Of a DNA stretch of 55,665 nt, positions 52,263-55,665 are shown piece after piece. Both the position numbers and the translations under genes were made by a program. This DNA is from a virus, in IMG/VR virus record IMGVR_UViG_3300045988_036843, positions 1 to 55,665 of that record; one strand, given 5' to 3'. The first letter of the stretch is position 1. Every line of letters starts with the position of its first letter. A model generated the notes under the pieces. It was not told the origin of the DNA. It did no database searches and saw only the letters and a program-made list of their open reading frames with translations.

Positions 52263-52583
52263 TCAATTGAAAACATTAGCTAGCACAATGCTAATCAGCC
52301 CTGCAACAACGCTGGTCAAAACGCCGCAAGCAAATCCTATCCCACGTTCTTTCCACTGTTCAATCTTTTCCAACTTATGAATTTTCTTATAGTTCCTTGC
52401 ACGTTCCAACAGCCAGAATGCTGTGTGCTGCGTGTCGCCCCAGCGTATCAGCCCATCGTTGGCAAGGGATTCAAGAACGAACTGTGCCGTAAAGTCCAGT
52501 TTGTCTTGCAGGGCTTTTACAGAATAAAATCCATTCGGAAGGTCTGGCTCATAGGTGTTCAGCGTGTCGATCAGGCGCTTCAT
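52263..52583 (-). CDS. Hypothetical protein with a C-terminal TM anchor (106 aa)
   Basis: ORF track 52263..52673. ATG 52583 (MKRLIDTL). Confidence 0.5.
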   Translation of the reverse strand: MKRLIDTLNTYEPDLPNGFYSVKALQDKLDFTAQFVLESLANDGLIRWGDTQHTAFWLLERARNYKKIHKLEKIEQWKERGIGFACGVLTSVVAGLISIVLANVFN

Positions 52584-52587
52584 GTTA

Positions 52588-52695
52588 TCACTAAGTATCA
52601 CAGAACGCACCTCGCAACCACAACTACGATGAAGAACCCGGTAAGCAGTCCAACGACCGCCCCAGCAAGCCAATCATACGAGTTCCTGTTGTTCC
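52588..52695 (-). CDS. Small hydrophobic peptide (35 aa), not in the ORF track
   Basis: ATG 52695 behind an AAAGGAG RBS, MDKWNNRNSYDWLAGAVVGLLTGFFIVVVVARCVL. Confidence 0.4.
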
Positions 52696-52720
52696 ACTTA
52701 TCCATAGGCTCTTACTCCTT

Positions 52721-53296
52721 TCACCTGTTCTGTTCAGCAATCCGATACCATGTCTGGCGGGTCACACCAAGCTGTTTGGCAGCGTCCGTGACCGTGAGAA
52801 TGCGCTTCTCCACCTGCTCGTGGAGAACGTCAAAGAGGTTGCGGTCATACTCGGTTGGCTTGCGGCCTTCCCTGTAATCGGGGCGCTGACTAGCAATCTT
52901 CTTGCCCTCTCTGGTGCGTTCAACAATCATGTCACGCTCAAACTCGGCGAATGCAAGCATCACCGTGCGAATGACCTTGCCGGTGGGGGAGTTATTCATA
53001 ACCCCCATGTTCAGGATGTTCACCGAAACGCCCTTATCAATAAACTGGTCTATCAGTTCAAGACCATTCTTAGCGGAACGGGCAATGCGGTCAAGCTTCG
53101 CCACGATCAGCGTATCTCCCGGCTGGATTTCAGCCATCAGCTTGTCCAATTCAGGTCGATGCAACTTCGTGCCGGTGTAAACATCCGAAAAGATTTTCTG
53201 TGCGCCGTTAACTTTCAGAAGTTCCGACTGTGCTTCAAGGCTGTTGCCGTCAATCGCTTGTCCAGCGGAACTAACACGAGCGTAACCGTAAATCAT
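52721..53296 (-). CDS. Small serine recombinase (resolvase/invertase family)
   Basis: 191 aa. [12 protein letters not shown] catalytic motif, resolvase core and C-terminal HTH ([16 protein letters not shown]). Confidence 0.9.
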   Translation of the reverse strand: MIYGYARVSSAGQAIDGNSLEAQSELLKVNGAQKIFSDVYTGTKLHRPELDKLMAEIQPGDTLIVAKLDRIARSAKNGLELIDQFIDKGVSVNILNMGVMNNSPTGKVIRTVMLAFAEFERDMIVERTREGKKIASQRPDYREGRKPTEYDRNLFDVLHEQVEKRILTVTDAAKQLGVTRQTWYRIAEQNR

Positions 53297-53604
53297 TTTC
53301 CTTCACTCGCTTCCTTTGCTTTTCTTGTAAAGTATTCCGTCTTAAATTCATCTAGGCCATCGTCAAGAATATACCTTTCGTTGCAATTCGGGTCAACTGG
53401 TTCAAGAACGATGCGATAGCCTAAAAGCCAACAAAATCTTGCCAAAATTCTAACAGTGAGACCGTCGCCTCTTAAACGCTGCGTGACGAAAGAACTTGTT
53501 TTTTCCTTCCCGCCAATTTCGTGCGCCCAATAAGTCTTGGTTTTGCTTTTATCTCTTTTCTGTTCTTTTTCTATAAGTTCTCTGACCACTTCATTGCTCC
53601 GCAT
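53293..53604 (-). CDS. HTH DNA-binding protein (candidate binder of the AACACT operators)
   Basis: 103 aa. An XRE-like segment ...[33 protein letters not shown]. First gene behind the operator-bearing promoter. Confidence 0.5.
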   Translation of the reverse strand: MRSNEVVRELIEKEQKRDKSKTKTYWAHEIGGKEKTSSFVTQRLRGDGLTVRILARFCWLLGYRIVLEPVDPNCNERYILDDGLDEFKTEYFTRKAKEASEGK

Positions 53605-53630
53605 AAGGCTCCCTCTCTTTCTTTAAGACA

Positions 53631-53674
53631 ATTATAAACTTTTTAGTGTTGGTTGTCAAGAACTTTTTAGTGTT
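53631..53674 (-). promoter_or_regulatory. Consensus promoter TTGACA-17 nt-TATAAT with two AACACTAAAAAGTT operators
   Basis: -10 is the reverse complement of 53631-36 and -35 the reverse complement of 53654-59. Operators at 53636-50 (in the spacer) and 53661-74. ATG 53604 lies about 27 nt downstream of the -10. Confidence 0.7.
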
Positions 53675-53837
53675 GGAATTTATTTTTTACTATCATTAGG
53701 GTGGTCAAACGGCTGTAAACTTTTTCGTTGCTTTACAAACTGTATACTTGAATAGTAGCCTTACGAATTATCGAAGAATAATTTTCAAGTTACTATCACT
53801 ATGGTAAACTAATCCGTTTACGAAAGTACTATCAAAT

Positions 53838-53853
53838 AACGTAAATTTACGTT
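53838..53853. repeat. Perfect 16-bp palindrome AACGTAAATTTACGTT
   Basis: Read directly. Related half-sites TTTACG lie at about 53817 and 53761. ACTATCA occurs three times nearby. Confidence 0.85.
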
Positions 53854-53904
53854 AGAATGAGTAAAAATAAGAAATATCTGATGCAAATTATACAAATTGG
53901 GCTG

Positions 53905-53933
53905 TTGACAACTATATACCAATCGTCTATAAT
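53905..53933 (+). promoter_or_regulatory. Perfect consensus promoter TTGACA-17 nt-TATAAT
   Basis: TTGACA 53905-10, TATAAT 53928-33. Followed by a ~210-nt structured leader. Confidence 0.7.
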
Positions 53934-54145
53934 CTAAGACAGCAGAACACACGATGAATCAGCCAACAACGACAGATTTATCCTTTGTGGCATAAAAAAT
54001 AGGCCGTCAGCCCCACCGACCAAAGTAGTACTGACGACCTATTCCACCACAAAACAGAAGCTGCGCAACCAAGGGCGCAGTCTCGGTTTCTGTTAATTAT
54101 TATAGCAGAAGCAGACAACTTCTGCAATAGAAAGGAGCAAAAAAC

Positions 54146-54298
54146 ATGAAATTCCCCACGACAACCGAAGAATTCCTGAAAACCCTTGCACACGGCAAAG
54201 AGCCGACCAGCGAGGACAGGGAGTACGCAGAAGCGCTGGGCAAGCTGTCCGAACTGAACTACCGGGCAGGGTACGAAGCGGGACGTAAAGAAAAGTAA
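54146..54298 (+). CDS. Small protein (50 aa), not in the ORF track
   Basis: ATG 54146 behind an AAAGGAG RBS, MKFPTTTEEFLKTLAHGKEPTSEDREYAEALGKLSELNYRAGYEAGRKEK. Confidence 0.45.
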   Translation: MKFPTTTEEFLKTLAHGKEPTSEDREYAEALGKLSELNYRAGYEAGRKEK

Positions 54299-54355
54299 CA
54301 TAATTTCGGCAATTCGTATGTATTATAAATTACATCGTAAAATCGTTTGAAATTA

Positions 54356-54383
54356 TTTACTTCACAAGGAAAAGTGGTATAAT
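54356..54383 (+). promoter_or_regulatory. Extended -10 promoter (TTTACT-16-TGgTATAAT)
   Basis: TGGTATAAT at 54375-83, upstream of the RHH gene. Confidence 0.45.
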
Positions 54384-54412
54384 ATAATTACGCCGAAAGG
54401 AGGTGAATGAGT

Positions 54413-54586
54413 ATGACGTACAACAACCCGAATGGTGCACAGTGCAACGCCAACGTCAGCAAGGAAATGCTGGCAGAGATCAATCACTACTGCACCGTAT
54501 GCGACCTTAATCGAAGTCAGTTTATGCGCAGAGCCATTTCAGAGTATCTGCAAAATCATCCGCTGCCCGATGAAAACGAAAAATGA
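54413..54586 (+). CDS. Ribbon-helix-helix (Arc/CopG-like) regulator (57 aa), not in the ORF track
   Basis: ATG 54413 sits 8 nt after an AAAGGAGG RBS. VSKEMLAEINHYCTVCDLNRSQFMRRAISEYL fits an RHH strand-helix-helix. Confidence 0.6.
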   Translation: MTYNNPNGAQCNANVSKEMLAEINHYCTVCDLNRSQFMRRAISEYLQNHPLPDENEK

Positions 54587-54704
54587 TACGCTCGCTAAAG
54601 TTACCAGCCACAGCGAACGTATCATGTAAACCCTGAGAGAAGCATTCTCTCGCCGTTATTATAGCAGAAAATCGCTTCTCTCACAAGTGAAAAGGAGATT
54701 TTTA

Positions 54705-55529
54705 ATGCAACTTTCTTTGTCTGAGAACATCAAAATCTTCAACAACGCCGAGTTTGGCGAAATTCGTGCCGCACTTATTGACAACGAACCGTGGTTTGTG
54801 CTGAAAGATGTATGTGTAGCGTTTGGAGAAACCAATTATCGACGCGTTGCCGCCAGATTAGATGATGAAGAAAAGGGTGTGTCACAAATCAACACCCCCG
54901 GCGGCACACAAAGCATGACTGTTGTGAATGAAGCTGGGCTTTATTCTGCGTTGTTTGCAATGCAGCCAGAGAAAGCTCGTGGTGTCAATGAGGAATATAT
55001 TTCCAATAGACAAGAGCAATTAAAGAAATTCAAGCACTGGGTCACTCACGAGGTTTTGCCATCCATCCGCAAGCATGGGATGTATATGACCGACAACCTG
55101 TTGGAGACAGCTATTGCCAACCCGGACTTCGTGATCGGTCTGATTCAGAACATGAAAGCCGAAAAGGAAAAGAACGCAGCATTACAGACGCAGAACAAGC
55201 AGCTCTGTGAGAAGAACGAGGAGATGCAGCCTAAAGCGGACTACTTCGATGACCTTGTGGCGTGGAACGTATCTACCAACTTCCGCTCGACCGCAAAGGA
55301 GCTGCGTATCCCTGAACGTCTGTTCATCAAGATGCTTATTTCTGACGGATACATCTACCGTGACAAGAGCAAGGGCATCCTGCCGAAAGCTGGCAAGGGT
55401 GACGGTCTCTTTGCCGTCAAGGAATACTGCAACCAGAAGAACAAGCACGGTGGCGTACAGACCAGAGTAACGCCGAAAGGCCGTGAGACATTCCGTTTGC
55501 TTTATGCAAGCATCCGTAAAAGCGTATAA
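54705..55529 (+). CDS. ant: Antirepressor (BRO-N domain plus KilAC/ANT C-terminal domain)
   Basis: ORF track 54687..55529. ATG 54705 behind an AAGGAG RBS. FGEIRAALIDNEPWFVLKDVCVAFG...EAGLYSALF...WVTHEVLPSIRKHGMY. Confidence 0.85.
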   Translation: MQLSLSENIKIFNNAEFGEIRAALIDNEPWFVLKDVCVAFGETNYRRVAARLDDEEKGVSQINTPGGTQSMTVVNEAGLYSALFAMQPEKARGVNEEYISNRQEQLKKFKHWVTHEVLPSIRKHGMYMTDNLLETAIANPDFVIGLIQNMKAEKEKNAALQTQNKQLCEKNEEMQPKADYFDDLVAWNVSTNFRSTAKELRIPERLFIKMLISDGYIYRDKSKGILPKAGKGDGLFAVKEYCNQKNKHGGVQTRVTPKGRETFRLLYASIRKSV

Positions 55530-55537
55530 CAACCTAT

Positions 55538-55584
55538 AAAAAAGCCAGTGGTTAGAGAACATCTAGCCGCTGGCTTTTGTGTTT
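55538..55584. terminator. Bidirectional terminator spanning the repeat junction
   Basis: AAAAGCCAGTGG...CCGCTGGCTTTT stem (one G-T pair) with an A-run and a T-run, between convergent ant (+) and CDS 37..747 (-). Confidence 0.65.
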
Positions 55585-55665
55585 ACGGAACTATGAATCG
55601 GCAATCAGTGAATTTGTTTCCATCAAAATCACCGACGAATGTAACGGTCTGGCCGGGAGAAAGCC
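55547..55665. repeat. Direct terminal repeat, right copy (identical to 1..119)
   Basis: See the left copy. Confidence 0.95.

Noticed and set aside
52721-53296. Serine recombinase as the prophage integrase
   Set aside because: It is 191 aa with resolvase/invertase architecture and lacks the large C-terminal domain of serine integrases. It is not evidence for chromosomal integration.
53978-54301. 107-aa minus-strand ORF
   Set aside because: It is antisense to the leader and the 50-aa ORF downstream of a perfect consensus promoter. It has a hydrophobic low-complexity translation and no RBS.
54432-54629. 65-aa plus-strand ORF from the track
   Set aside because: The alternative frame starting at 54413 has an ideally spaced AAAGGAGG RBS and encodes a recognisable RHH fold, so the track ORF is the wrong frame.
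1-55665. Genome-wide TGA (or TAG) stop-codon reassignment, suggested by the in-frame TGA at 8222
   Set aside because: TGA terminates many well-defined genes here, for example in ATGA/TGA-coupled overlaps, and all large structural genes are intact under the standard code. Only one gene is affected.

Overview
This window is a genome-length contig of a temperate dsDNA phage with a long non-contractile (siphovirus-type) tail module. Gene families such as RecU, an LL-H-type holin, an XhlA-like protein and a GH25 lysin suggest a Firmicutes/Clostridia-like host. Bases 1-119 are repeated exactly at 55547-55665, so the unique molecule is 55,546 bp and is either circular or terminally redundant. Layout: (i) 37-21,884, mostly minus strand: two membrane-anchored cargo genes, a small plus-strand operon, a ~1 kb non-coding iteron/AT-rich/G-tract region, then early genes. 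The early genes include a DnaB-type helicase, a replisome organizer, RecU, a Sak4-like ATPase, a DUF669 SSB-like protein, methyltransferase-like genes, Lar, a MazG-like protein, a displaced TerS-like gene, and many Zn-ribbon and DUF551-like small ORFs. (ii) 20.4-22.0 kb: repressor/Cro-like switches built from consensus promoters with operators in their spacers. (iii) 22,047-27,720, plus strand: a plasmid-type maintenance module with an XRE regulator, 21-bp iterons, a Rep_3-like initiator, an N6-MTase-like gene, ParA and an RHH protein. (iv) 27,766-53,604, minus strand: cargo island, lysis cassette, tail, head, portal, tRNA, TerL, RtcB and a small serine recombinase. (v) 53.9-55.5 kb, plus strand: an Arc/Ant-like immunity module. 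I see no tyrosine or large-serine integrase, so I read this as a phage-plasmid. The most unusual signals are two helically phased 10-bp AAGCC repeat arrays (one inside the RHH gene, one upstream of the Sak4-like gene), a second iteron-type origin-like region with a G-quadruplex-prone array, duplicated promoter-operator cassettes, three homopolymer-linked frame breaks, an in-frame TGA, and a non-canonical tRNA-like element near RtcB. All functional calls come from reading the translations by eye. No database search was run.
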